From Girardia tigrina (lineage: Eukaryota): a stretch of 60,580 nt of DNA. Both the position numbers and the translations under genes were made by a program. The notes under the pieces are model-generated. The model worked only from the letters and a program-made list of their open reading frames with translations, was not told the origin of the DNA and did not search any database. The stretch is taken from positions 1-60,580 of the forward strand of contig MQRK01238420.1 of assembly GCA_001938485.1 (NCBI GenBank). The letters run 5' to 3'. Below, one piece after another: positions 12,125 through 26,600 of the stretch. Position 1 is the first letter of the stretch; the number at the start of each line of letters is the position of its first letter.

Positions 12125-14743
12125 TCTTCTTTCCAGAAGAAGAATGTAATGAATGAAATGTCTTCATGGTCCTTATATTCATCGTTCATGAGGCCATTTG
12201 AACAATCAAATCATTTGAAAAGAAAATTTGATATCGGAACTATAAAAACTTAATCAGTTAATTAAAGTTAAAGAATATTCTTGTCTATTTATTTTGTTTG
12301 AAGAATTCCTCAATTTCTATTTTCTGATTTGCCAATTTCTACAGAAACAAAACTTCATTAAAAAAGACATTTATTGGTAATTCTATTCTCTATCAAAGTT
12401 ATTTGAAAATCAAAGAATTATAGTAATTTACTTTTAAAGCAATGTTAAAATCGCAATTTATATTTCCAATGAATGCAATTATTAGTTTTATTAAAAAAAC
12501 ATTTAATTCTTAATAGTTTAAAAGCAAAATTATTTAACAAATTATGAGAAATAATTATTCATGAAGATGTTTTTTTGATGGCCTTTGTATCAAAATAAAT
12601 AATTCAGCAAATATTTTTTATCAAAGTATTGTACATTTATTATTATTATTTTGATGATTTTTAGTAAACTCATAATTTTTTAAATTTTTAAAATTAAAAA
12701 TTTAAAATATTTAATAATAATGTATAAAATTTTTATAATAACTGTTTGCATTTCAGGAAGTTACCAGTATTTAAAAATCAGATTTAATCACATAAATAAT
12801 AATTGTATACATACAAATTATAATTAAAGTTATTTTACAATTGAATATAAAATTAAAATTAATCGAATATAAAAATACTAAGTACAATTAAATGATTTTA
12901 AGAATTAACGTGAAATAAAATTATTCGGAAACTAAATATTATTTTTAAACAGAATTATATTAAGTTAAAATTAAAAGGGTTAATAAAATTAGAATTATAC
13001 TTATCAGAATAAGTTCAATATAAAATGTCATTAAAATAACTGTAAAACACTTCGAAGTTTAAAATTTAATAAATTCAAGGATAATTAATTCAAGTTTATG
13101 AATTAGATCCAAATGTCAAAATCCAGAAGGTTTAAATTAATCCATTAACGCCGAACGGGAACATTTGTACCCAGCTAATAAAAATGGCTGTGAAAGTAAA
13201 GATGTTTCGTTGATAAGGTGTGTACTCTGAAGGTTCAGAACACATAAGGAACATGTTTTGTTTCTCTGTCACCAGACATGCAAAAAAAATCATTTGGCAT
13301 GAAAAATTATGAAAAATTCATATTACATAATTCTCGGCATTAATGGGTTAATATAAACACTCATTAAAACATTTGACAAAAATAGATTGGTAAAATTAAC
13401 TCGATAATGATATTTTAAAAAGTGAATTAAGTGAATATTGTGAATTATAAGTTTGTAGTACAATAAAACAAATTTAAACATTGTAAAGTAATTATTTGCA
13501 GTTTTTAAATTAAATATTGAAATGTAATTCTGTAAAAATAACAATTTTAATAAATAAAATATTAGTATTTGTAATTCAGTATTTTTGCGTATAATCAATC
13601 TGATCAAAAAAGAGACAAAAGAAAAGTTCCTCAACAAAAATTGTTTGAAAAATTGTAAAATGTTATAAAGATAAAGTTTTGCATTCTTATGAATTCAATC
13701 ATTGATCACGAACCCAACAATTATTACTATTATTATTGTAAAATTAAAGTTAAATTGTGATTCAACAATTACAATTCAATATACATTTTAAATCGAATTG
13801 CAATTTAACTTTCAATAAAATTAAATTTTAATTTTAAACTATCAAATAGTCCAGAATCAAACCCAATTTAAACTCTTAGCCGTTTTTAACAAAATTTTCC
13901 AAGTATAATAAATTAAAATAACAAACTTTGAATTATTAAAATATAAGTAATTGATAAATGAATAACACAGAGAAAACATTAAGAACTTTGTATCACACAA
14001 AATAATTAATGGAGTCATAAAAAGAAATGTGACAATATTCTCTCAAAAAATTTTTAGGGTCTACAATAGAATGTATAAATAGAATGCCTTGAACTGTAGA
14101 ATTGTTCAAATGTAAGGAATCGATACTAGTGAATGATATTGATTGTGGAGGACTGATGAGATACAAAATCCTGAAGCCTGGAATACATCGAGAGTTGATA
14201 TAATGGAATTTGTATATTTGAAACAGCAATGGAATATTGTTCAAATTGTTGAATGGTAATTGGTTGAAGTAAGAGATCTGTTAAGACTGGGAAAATTAAT
14301 TTAAGTCCTGGTGGACTAAAATTCGTAACAATGTTAAACACTTGTTTAACATGGGTCTTCAGGTTAAATTTGTTTCTAATAAACTGGGAGTTTGCCTCAA
14401 AATTCATTCTCCGCTTAAGTTACTTCTACCTCATTAAAAGAAATATCTTTCCAAGTTCACCGAATCTATCATCAACTGAAATTTCTCTCTTGGTCATGAC
14501 AACTCAAAGCCTATTTCACCATCAAAGCCTTGTCGTTAGATAAAACGAATCATAAAATATTATCTGATGGAAGCTTGAATTATGAGAAATGGCGTTTTTT
14601 TTCATAATGCAAAAATAAACAGTTTACCAACTAATTTCATTTTGCATTTCGCTGCAAAATTTACCATTTGTTGTTCTTGTAGAGCATTTACTGAAACCCA
14701 GTTACACATATTCTGCTGAGCAAAAGAAATATTTCTTTAATAA

Positions 14744-16150
14744 CACTGAATTACAAGGTTTTTATTTCTTAGAAATGAAGTAGTGATTCTAAGTCAGTTT
14801 TTTACGCTGATTTTGAATCTACAAACCATTTCGCTTTATTACATCAGGTTCTTAAGAAGTAGCAAAGGTATGTTTTTAGAGAGTAACTCTTGTTTACTTA
14901 ATAATAAGTAGTAATTAACCATTACAATAATAAATAAATAGTGATAATTATAAATATTAAAATTAATTATAGGTATGTAAACCTTCTGATTATTACAAAA
15001 GATCAGGCAGAAGTTCTTGGTTCACGAATTAGAGAGTTTAACCTGCTTGTTCCTGGTACTTTGACAACAATTTTCCGATACCGACAGAAAGCTATTGTTC
15101 AGTATTTTGATAGGAATGACGCTATCTCTTACTGCAAGGATGTCAATGGCCTCATGAAGTGTCTTGGGAATGAACACCAGTCAGATAAATGGAAACTATT
15201 TATTGATGCGTCCAAGACAAGTCTCAAGGAAATTATTTTGCACAATTGCAACTAACATTCTTCTATACCTTTCGCCTATTCTGTGCACATGAAAGAAACA
15301 TGATAACATGGTGCTTCTCCTTGATAAAATCCGGTATTGTGACCACAATTGGCTTGTCTGTGGAGACTTAAAAGTTGTTGCAATTCTGATGGGGATGCAA
15401 ACAGGTAGGTAAATCATATAATACAAAATGAATATAGATGTACAATTATAAACACATTACCCAAATACTCTTGTCTTTATTTGCGAGTGGGATAGCAGAG
15501 ATAGAAAGCAACACTATATCAATAAGTCTTGACCAATCCGTGATCGCATGCAATCTGGAAACAAAAACGTTAATCATAATCCACTTGTGGATCGAGAGAA
15601 AGTGATTATGCTACCACTGCACATTAAGTTAGGCCTCATGAAGAACTTCGTAAAGGTATTAGATATAAACAGCAGAGGCTTTCTTTACTATGCCAAACAT
15701 TTCCTCAAGTATGCATATTTGTTTGTTTGATAAACCATATTTCAAGTATCATATTTATTGTATTTTTTTAGATTAGTGGTGCAAAGGTAAAGGAAGGTAT
15801 TTTTGTTGGCCCTCAGATTAGATACATTATAGCTGATCATCAGTTTGAGGAACTTTTAGTCGAAAAGAAAGAAATGCGTGAATTTCCTTTAAGTCAATTG
15901 TTGCAAACTTCATGGGAAATAACAAGAGTGGTAACTACCAAACAATCGTAAAAACCTGTATTATTCATACCAACTAATGGGTTGTAAGATATCGTTGAAG
16001 AGTCATCTCCATGATTCGCATCTTGATTTTTTCCCGACAATCTTGGTGCAGTCAGTGATGAGCACGGTGAGGGTTCTCACAATAATATTTCAGTTATGGA
16101 ATCACGATATCAAGGCTGTTGGAGTGCGGTCATTATTGCTGGACTCTTCA
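14744..16150 (+). mobile_element. Chapaev3-like (CMC superfamily) DNA transposon with intron-interrupted transposase pseudogene
   Basis: Motifs KLFIDASKTSLK.IILHN, WLVCGDLKVVAILMGMQTG, CEWDSR, LPLHIKLGLMKNFVK, KEGIFVGPQIR, SHLDFFP, SDEHGE. CACTG at 14744 is a candidate terminus. Confidence 0.8.
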
Positions 16151-16855
16151 GCGAGATATTCCAGATGAAATGAAGTTTCAAATTAGATTTGGCTAATCGA
16201 TGTAAAAACACCTTCTGATATGATGAAACTGCTTGATGATGCTTGGACAGAAAATGAAAAGAAATATGAGATTCTGAAATGTGAAAAGATACAATACAAA
16301 CAAGGTTAGACCGTGCGATTTTGAACAATCGTTGTCGGATGCTTAGGATCCTGACCGGAACAAAATGATAAAGTGTTATTATCTATGAAATTATCGAGTG
16401 CAACAAAGAGAAACATGAAGCTTATGTGTGTTATATCAAATGTCAAGTATTCCTGTTGCACATGGAATGTTTACAACACTGATCAGTGAAATCCATTGGA
16501 TTAAAAGAGAAAAAAGTTCCGAAGCGACTGAAGAAGCCTCCTCGGCAACCCTAGCTGTTGTTGAAGCAGTAGCTGATTAAATTTCTAAAATGTTTTATCT
16601 ATAAAAGTTGTATTTTTTATTAATTAATATATCATTAACTAATCGTAAATCGTTTTGATATCTCCAAGGTACTATGTTGAACAAAGGTTGGGAAGAACCG
16701 AGAAATATGGGTATTTCTATAAGTTTAACTTGGGCACACCAAGTTTGTAATTGCATATGGTAAAGCTTTTTTTTGTGATTGTTTAAATATTTGTCATCTA
16801 ACAAATACATGTATTGTTACAGGATCTGAGTATAGTCATTTTCTTATTATTATAA

Positions 16856-17220
16856 TGAGCAGAAGAAGTAAACTTTCCACTAAAAAGGAGCCAAAATTAT
16901 TGCTATTTATCGGGAAGAATTGTTCCTGAGAGCTTTCGCTGCATGAATTGAAGCAACATTCTCCTGTGTGTCAAAAACGCTGACAAGATATGCATCAACA
17001 CCTAGTTTCAAGTCAAGAAAGCACTCTGGACGGCCAATGACAACAACGAATCATGATGATGATGCGATTCGGAGATATTCGACTTTGCATCCAACTGCTT
17101 CCATCAGTGTCATTCAATTCTATGTCCCAGCAAGTGTTATTTAAGTGGAAGAACCATCAGACGCCTTCTCTGCAATGAATTTCACTTGCGTGCCTACTGA
17201 CCAGCCAAGAAGCCGCTGTT
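16856..17220 (+). mobile_element. Tc1-like transposase N-terminal fragment
   Basis: KTLTRYAST...SRKHSGRPMTTTNHDDDAIRR (GRPR linker between the HTH domains). Confidence 0.65.
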
Positions 17221-18879
17221 TTCATCCAGGAGGATTCGCAACTGATTTCTATTTTGCCTGTTTTAAATCTTCGGAAAAAGATAGTTGCAAATTTCATTCG
17301 CATTTAATTGTATTGCTTTCCCTCTCTTTCAATATCTCAGTTTCTAATCAAACAAATATGCTAATTCAAATTCAGTTAACCTTCTCATCTACCCACTCAT
17401 TCAATTATTCCTTTATTTATCCCGTACTATTGGAACAATCTCAAATCTAAAGTAATATAATTCTTTTATTTTGTTGTACTTTTTTTCGGTTCTTGTGTAT
17501 AGTTAATTATTAAAATAACTTTATTGTATAATCCTAATTTATTTATTTTTCATTTATTCTTGTTTGATAAAAGTAGTTTCATAAATATACACACTTATAT
17601 AGAATAAACCTCCCCCCACTGGACGGATAACTGAGTATTGTATATACTACAGTACCATCATTGACGTACACGATAGTGAGTCATGTACTCTGTACAGGAT
17701 GTAACGTAAGTAAATTGTAAATAAAAAAATGTTTAAAAAAGTTTGTTTTAATAATCACAAAAAGGAAAATAAGTAAAGTCACTGTGTAAAAAAACAATGT
17801 GGTGTTATTGTGATCAATACATTTTTTTACCTCGATCTTGGATTTTTCGATTATTGTTTGATTTTCTATGAATAAGTGGATGTTCATTGTTGGGTTCTTG
17901 ATCAAAATTATAATTCATTAACACCAAATTTTATTTCTAACGCAAATAACAATTATTCAAACAATTTTTCGCCGAGGAACTTTTCTTCGTGTTCTTTTTA
18001 CCTAGATTTTTATATAAAAATATGGAATTATAAATACTGATAAGCTATTTTAAAATTGAATTTTTTTTATTCTCTTCATTTTGAAAATTTACATTCCACT
18101 ATTTTATGCAACTTAATTTAAATTAAAATCAACATAATTTATTGTAGTCATATTTTTACTAAATTAATAAAAATGATTTTTATTATTTTAGAATTAAGTT
18201 AATGTTATTTTTTTATTTGTGAAAACGTTTTTAATTAATAAAAGATTTTAACGTTTTATTTATTATCATTATTTCAGTTTACAAGCCTTTATTACCTACA
18301 ATAATTTAAAATAAAAAATATACAATTTTAAATACAATTTAAAAGCATTTTTTACCTACAATTATTTTAAATACAATACAAATTTTAAATACAATTTAAA
18401 TACAAAAAATAATTTACAGTATTCAAATTTTATTATTATTGCGATACATTAATGATAAAGTTTTAATTTTTATTTTTTTACGAAAACTGTTTAGAATTAA
18501 GTATTTGTCAAATCTTTAATTTGCAGAATTTCAAAGTGACTTTAAAATTTAAAATTATCTGTTTTTTTTAAGTTACATCTCTGGCAACAAAGTTGATTAT
18601 TTTATTTTTTAGAATAACTTTTAAAATTAGTACAAACATAATTATCCTTGTCTTTATATATTTCTTTTAAATTAATTATTTAAAATTCCATTATTTCTCA
18701 ATTAATTTCATTTTAAGTTTTTACTCTACAATTAAAATTTGATTATTTCCGAAAATAACTTTTAAAATTAATTAAGATATATTTTTTAATTATAATTGCT
18801 TAGAAAACTTTTGATTTTAAATATTTCCTTATTTTAGAAATTCTTTATAAAAATTATTTGTTTCAAAAATTTTAAGATT

Positions 18880-19640
18880 GAGCCTGTCCTTCACATTCAT
18901 CGTGGTGAGGATGCAAACCTCCCCTTTTATCGACTGAATCGTATGTTCGTGTCTTGGTGAGATGACTCAGGTAAGATGACTACCTTATCAAATTTAATCA
19001 AGAACCATCTGCTCTCGGTATTTTTTAAAGTTCTTTTAACTCGTTTTTTGGTTGTCTCCAAACAGGTTTCAGTTCACGCGGAGCGAGGGACCGAAATAGA
19101 TGTCGCTTCTATTAGTTCGTCGGAGCAGCGGGCTCTTTCACTCATACCAGCTAACTAAAATATTCAATACATGGCGATAGTTCCAGTTGACTACAATCAC
19201 ACTTATCTTGTAACAATTTTCCATGGGACATTTGAAAGAATTGTCACCATTCTGATGCTGCGGCATCGTGACCATGTGAACTTTTCTGATGTGTCTGTTT
19301 AGTTTCTTCTGTTTCGCAAAAGCCTTGAAACAAAAGGGATACGTGCATTGTACTCTTTTGTTACTCGGCTAGAGTAGTTTCGAATACTTATTTCTCTATT
19401 CAATCACTTCCGTTAACTTTTCAGATACAGTTCCTTTAATCAGTTGTTTGTATTCCTCCTCAGTGTCGATAATTTCTCTCTCATTCAAGCATTCCTGGTA
19501 TTCGAGCAGATCTTCTTGATCACCAAATACCCAGAGCATATCGCGAGCGATATGTTATTTCATCAACTGCTTTTTACGTCCGCTAACTTTTCTATTTCCT
19601 TAGGCAATTTCAGAGTTTAATACTCATTTTACCTGACGTA
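18880..19640 (-). mobile_element. Possible decayed LINE 5' segment (APE endonuclease start)
   Basis: Minus-strand VIVVNWNYR and DKRGG(L) resemble APE motifs; higher GC; multiple stops. Confidence 0.3.
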
Positions 19641-22111
19641 AATCTATTATTAATTATACTCAAAGAATACTATTGGATTCTTGCTCACAAGACATTATAA
19701 CGAACACCAAAATTTATTTCTATAACAATTTGAATTTTTTAAACAAATATTTTTGAGGAACTTTTGTACTTTCTTTTTTTTTACACAACCAATATAAATA
19801 AAAATAGATATAAATAAAAATATGGTTAGTATATTTTTACAAATTAAAATTCAATATTTCATTAATAAAAATATAGTGAATTAAAATTTTGTCACAAAGA
19901 TTTTGTTGCGTATTTTATTAATTTTTCAATTTTATGGAACATTTAAATTTTCCTGTTTCTCAATTACATTTTTCAAAAAAAATTAAAATCGCATTTTTTA
20001 TTTAAGTCGATTTAATGGTTTTACAATTATTTTTTACTTTCAGTTTTAATTTCCAAAAAAAATTATAATTACATTTTACAAAAAATTATAACCACATTTT
20101 AAATTTATTTTGATTTAAAAATTATCAAATTTGAAATTAACTTTTTTTTNNNNNNNNNNNNNNNNNNNNNNNNNNNNNNNNNNNNNNNNNNNNNNNNNNN
20201 NNNNNNNNNNNNNNNNNNNNNNNNNNNNNNNNNNNNNATTAAATTTCTGAAATCTTATTTTATCATATCTATAACAATATTTTACGGAATTTAATTGTTT
20301 GTTTAATAATTTGATAAAATACAAAAATTTTATATTTTATGAACGTTCCCAACAAATACAATACGCCGTTTCAATCGTACCATACGCGCCTCGGTCAAAC
20401 CAATTGACATATCCTTACTACGTATTCTAGCAAATTTAGTTTTATCAAGAGCAGTGCGTTTGCAGGTATTATGAAAAGCTTAATATAATATATAATATAT
20501 TTACATAAAAGTTTAGTTTAAAGAAATAAATTTAATAATTTTCATTTTTAAAAAAATTCAATAGTGATACTATTTAGGTCGTTATATTATTAATATAATA
20601 TCACTAAAATATTTAAAATTTGGTGATATTATTGGGTCATGATACTATTTGAGTTGGTTGTACTATTCGGCAATATCCATTAATTTTATTTTAAGTTCAA
20701 ATATATGAATAGACTATTAAATGTCCTGAATGAATTCCATTTAAACCTTACATGTGAATCTATATTTTAATATTTGCTTTTGTCAAATTAAAAAAACGAA
20801 ATTTATTCTACGTCTACAACTAAAACGTTTTGAAAAATATTTTTTTCTCAATAAATAAAAGGAAAAAAAATGAAAGAGATAAAAGTATTGCAAATATTAT
20901 TTTTTCATTGAGATTTTATATTTTTCATTATTAATTATTATAAATTGCAGAAATAAAAAAATTATGAATTAAAAAAATATTAAAAGATGAATTTAATTTA
21001 TGACTGTTAGACATTCAATTTTTTATTTGAAAGCTTTTTTGACGCCAGACAAAAAAAACTTTTTTAGTTTTAATGGAACTAATATAAACGAAATATATAT
21101 TTCGAAAAAAAAATATTTTTTGTAAAATTATTAATTTTCTTTTAATACCGATTCGTAATTGTTTATTAAAATTAATATTTTTAGGAAAGTATTATTGTAA
21201 GAGAGTGTTGTTGTTAATTTTTTAATTTTCGGAAATAGGAAATTCGTTTTTTTAAAAATGTTGAATTATAATCAAAATTAAAAAAAAATTGAAAAATAAA
21301 ATTAAAAAAAAGAAAATAAAAATAACTATTTATAGTTTTGAATAAATTTTGAAAGTCTTAATTTTCTTGATTTAAAATGGAAGCGAATTCTCACCCTAAC
21401 AATTATTAATATTCTTATTTAAGTTAACATATAAATTTCTTTCGGTAATATATAAATAAAAATATGAATATAGAATTGGAACGAAATTCTTGACCGATTA
21501 CATATAATATTTATTTAACCAAAATAACAATATACACATCAATAAATTGAATGAAACCTTCATTCGTCTATAAATCCGAAATTTATAGAGATTTACAGAC
21601 CATTGATGATTTAATTCTGTTTCTAATTTACATTTGCCTTGATTGATTAAATAAATATTATTTTCTCTCGGACAAGACTTTCGTACCCATCCTAAGAAAC
21701 TAAATAAGAATGATTCTTCGTGGGGCGCTAAGTAGGACAAATAAAGGTATTAGGACACGCAATACCGGTTTCATATTATTCGGTAGTACCGTTATTTGTT
21801 CGAATACTGAATTGTGGTATTATATTTATTTGTGATATTAATACTACTATAAATACTGGAATATTTATTTAACTTCTTTCCATTTTTTCTAAATATTCTT
21901 AACTTTTAGTTATTTTTTATAATGTCATTTTAGTATTTTTTATCATTCATTTATTTTATTATTTATAGAGTGTAAGGAATAGTAGCTATATTTTAATATA
22001 GATATTTTAATTTCAATATATTTTAAAGTTGTAATAACAAAAAAACAATACACACACATTAAAAACACGCTTATTAAAATTCTATATATATTTATTATAT
22101 ACATATTTATA

Positions 22112-22162
<51 letters not shown>

Positions 22163-22235
22163 TATATATTATATACATATTTACATATTAATATTCTTAT
22201 TTAAGTTAACCTTGTTAAGTTAAAAACAATAAATA

Positions 22236-23411
22236 CAGTCCACTCTCGTTCCCGGGGCATTCTTTATGATGGGGCACCTTAATTTTTGGGGAAATTTTGG
22301 TTTTTGGGTCAAGTTTTAAGATAATCACACTATTACATATTATTTATATTGTGTTTTTATTCCAAAAGTACAATTGTGTTTGTTTTTAGGGGCATATTTT
22401 TCAACCTAAAAATAATATTTAATCTTGGTCTGAAATAAGTATCAAAATTTCCCCAAATTTAAAATATTACAAGCTTTTTTTTAAAAAATAATGAATAAAC
22501 TTTTAATATTCTATTAATTAACTGTTTATTTTTTTAACTTGTGCTTTCGTTAAACATTATGCCAACTAACAGAAGTTCAAATCGTTATTAATTGAATATT
22601 ATTACAAAAAATATTTCTAACTTGGTGATAAGAAATTTATTCAAAAAGTTAATTTGAAAGTAACTAAAGACAAAGGGGGCCGAATTTTATTATCGGATTG
22701 TGGTTGGAAGTGTGTGGTAATTTATAAAGAAAAAGCATTAAGTTTGGAAACACAAGACAAAAAAAACAACTTCTATAACACAGACATTGGATATGGGTTT
22801 GATAAAGGCATTCAAGGATCATTACAATAATTCTCTTGTTGATTTTTTGGCAACTGAAGAAGATGATTTAAATAATGATCCATTTAAAAACATTAATATT
22901 AAAAATGCTATTGTTTTTACGTCTACTGCCTGGGAGTTAATATCCAAAGAATCGATTATTAATTGTTTCAAAAAGGCATTTTCCAAAAAAGAAGAAACCA
23001 ATCAAAATATGAAAATTCATATGCTTGAGGAAGATATAGAGGACGTTATTGTTGAAGTTTATGAAGAAAATTTATCAGAACTGCTGGAGAAGGAGAACGG
23101 AACAGCTGAAATTTGTGAAAAAGTTCGTTACGATAAACTAAAGCTGGGATGGGAAAAATTAAAGAATTTGAAAATGTTATACCTTTTGATGTTCAAAAAG
23201 AATACATCAAGTTTAGAATGAAATTTAATAATTTTTTAAAAAAGGAATTTAAATTTGCGAAAACAATAACTGATTATTTTAAAAAATTGGAATAAATTTT
23301 ATTTAGTTTTTCGATGTTTTTTTAATTTTTTGGGTGTTTTTTGGTTTTTGGGGAATTCTAGGTTTTTGGGACAAAATTTGATATTTTTGCCCCAAAACCG
23401 AGGGTGGACTG
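22236..23411 (+). mobile_element. Internally deleted pogo/Tigger-like DNA transposon
   Basis: TIRs cagtccactctcg / cgagggtggactg with TA duplication on both sides. ORF 22787-23221 DMGLIKAFKDHY...AW.LIS..SIINCF is the DDE_1 C-terminus. Confidence 0.85.
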
Positions 23412-23639
23412 TACACATTAAAATCATGCTTATTAAAATTCTATATATATATATATATTTATTATATACATATTTATAATACGGTTAAATTTAAAAAATT
23501 GTAAAATTAAAACTCCCAAAAAAAGAACTTTATTTAAATATTCACCAATTTAAAAAAAGCAAGATGTTTTTAATAGAATAAATTTTATTTATGGACTCCA
23601 ATTTTGATGAGGTTTGCGCTGAAAACAGCTTTTCTAATA

Positions 23640-26600
23640 TGGCGACCAAAGCCTTGGAGATCCTCCTATCGTGATCTGTCCCAGATCGATTCAAGAAAGA
23701 AGAAGATATCGAAATTTTCATTTCCAAATGCCGTAGATTCTTCGAGTTAACGCAGACCAAAGAAAATGTAAAAACTATTTTTGTAAAAAACTCTGCTAGA
23801 CGATGAGGCCATCAAAGATTATGAGGAAGTAGATGACGGCGTGAAGAATTTCGAAGATCGATTGCGACAAGCGTTCTCCGAGAAGAGTTCCTGATTTGAA
23901 GACCTGGCAGAAATTCTGGAATACCGGAGAGGTTCCGAATCAGTTGAAGACTACTTTAAGACTGTGGCACAATTGGCCAAGAAATTAGCCGCATACAATT
24001 GGGACGAAGCCGAATTAGAGAAGGAGATACTATTGCACTGTTCCAGTGATAAAGATATTTTAAAGGAAGTTGAGATGAGAGATTTAAATGAAATTACGGA
24101 TATAAAAAAAACAATGGCAAAAATGGACAAGATACAAAAGAAATATGATCATGTCAATGCAGTGAAAGAGGATTGGATCCAGTACAATCCCAAAAAAACA
24201 AGACACAATCTGGAATTAAAGGATTTGAAATGACATTGAATAACAACAACAAGAGAAGCCCACAACCGACAATGAGAAATTTTGAAGCGGAAAATTTACA
24301 ATTCGGAAGGCGTATAGAATCAAGAAGATGCTGGTCCCGCAATTTAATGGGACACATAAGCAGGAACTGCAGTAAAAGATTGCCCGTCACCTGCCATGCT
24401 TCCGGAACGCAGGGCCCTATCAGAAAAAAATGTTCCAATCTGAAATGTAACCGATGTGCAGCCAATGTCCATAGGAGGGAAGAATGTTATACGAAAATGA
24501 CAAGAAGACATTTGGCAAATAATCAAAGAGAAACGAGAAGACCTGATGTCACTACCACAGTTGGAAGAACTTGGAACAACAAAAACTCAAACCGAGCAGA
24601 TAACAAACAAATGCCGACTCAAAACGACCCTGTGAGGAATGTTTTGAATTGTGTATTGATATTGTGCATGGAGAATGTTGATTCGGATTGTGCCTCTCCT
24701 ACACAGATGGATGATTGATATTTTCTTTGATTCTTACTAATTAATAATAATTTAATTTAATTTTAAAGTAAAAAGATTAAAATAATTTTTGAATGTATTA
24801 TTTATTTTTTAATGTAATTTAAAATTTTAATATATTAATTTAATATGTTCTTTTTTAAAAACGTTTAGATTTAATTTCAAGCAATTACATTCTTTATAAT
24901 TAATAATTTTTATTAACAGATTTTCATTTATTGAAAATAATTAGTTTGAACTCAGAAATAAATTGATCAAGAGAGATGTCAAATAGTGAATGCGCTTGTG
25001 ATAATAATAAATGTTGCAAAACTCATATTGATGTTGTTAATAGACCCAAACAACCAAGATATTACGAGGAGACCGACTACGAAAGAGGAGTCCGGAGAGA
25101 TAAAGAAATAGCAGCGATGGAGATGGATGACGATGAATGCGGAGACTTTGAACAAGGAACCCAAAACGAGAGAGGCCCGACCGTAGAGGAGTCGGTCGGA
25201 GCCTTACAGTAAGCAATTTTGAATTTACCCGTTATCGTAAACGTAGTTTATTTTCTATCTATAATAATATTGTAGCCGAAAGCACAATCGGTATGTATAA
25301 TAAAAGTAATTTATCTAATAAAATTGAAACAGATAGTTTTAAAGATGTATTAAGTGATCAGAGACAACAATTAGTTCAGACAGATAAAACCACGATCGAT
25401 AGTACTAAAATAGTAAAATTTTTAAAAAAAGAGAAAGAGGGAATTTGTGAAATTAGAGACCTGACAACTAAAGAGACCGATATAAATGAAAGAGAAAGCC
25501 AGATCTCATACAATATAGTGCAAGTTAGACCGAGCATAAGTGTCGATATCTTGGGAACGAAGATAGAATGTTTACTTGACACGGGAGCCAGAGTGAATAT
25601 CATGAGGTATAACACGTTAAGACAGACCAGTGACGTAAAATTAGAACCGTCAGAAGAAAAGTTGAAATGCGCAAATGATAGTCAATTTGAAGTCATGGAC
25701 AAGGTATATTTAGTTGTCACATTTGGTGCAAGGAAAGGGAAAGTGACTCTTATAGTTGTAAGAAACATAAGTCCTGAAGTGATCGGTGGAATAGATATGC
25801 AGAGGAAGTTAGGATTAGAATTTCAATGGAAAGAGATCAATACAGAAAATAAAGAATCTTATATATGTGAAATAGAAGCAAAATTTGGTATACAAATATC
25901 GGACGAAGATAGAATGAAAAGAGCAGTAGAAATATTAGAACTAAGGGAGTCATCAAAACTTTTCGAAATCTTTCAGAAGTACAAGCATGTTTTCATGGCA
26001 GAAAAGTGGGATATAGGCCACACTAAGCCCACTAAGCATAAGATCATAACCAAAGGCGCGCCAATAAACATTAAACCCCGCAGACAACCGGTCCACTTGG
26101 AAAGCAAGTTAGCAGAAACTATAAAAAATTTACACGATAACGGTATTAAAAGACGATGCAACTCCCAGTGGAACACACCGATAGTGTGTGTTTGGGAAAA
26201 AGAAACTGTAGAAGTTAGACTCTGTTTAGATTTCAGACAATTGAACAATATTACAGAAAGACAAGCATTTCCGATACCCAATGTGGAGGAAATGTTAGAC
26301 TCATTACAAGGATCGAAATACTTCGCACCATAGATCTTGGTAACGCATATTACCAGGTAGAGTTTGATGAAACCTTACAAGAAAAAAAGGCTTTTTCAAC
26401 TAAGTCAGGCCAATTCTGCTTTACCAGGATGCCGTTCGGTATTACAGCAGCGCCCGGTACATTCCAGGAAGTTATGACAAAAGTATTGTTCACAATCGAG
26501 TCCGGAGCTTCGGTAGATCTTGACGATATATTGGTGGCCACAGAAACGTTAGAGGAACATTATGAAATCATCGGAAGAGTTATTCAGAGAATTGGTGAAG

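Noticed and set aside
13323-13637. Long F/I/K/L/N-rich ORFs (also 8823-9038, 43643-43924, 47957-48335)
   Set aside because: Compositional artefacts of AT-rich DNA, or off-frame overlaps with real exons.
13870-14540. Possible Penelope RT N-terminal remnant on the minus strand
   Set aside because: Only vague PK.H and FTSI similarity; too decayed to call.
16528-16555. CTGAAGA-A-GCC..GGC hammerhead-like stretch
   Set aside because: Lacks GAAA and stem III.
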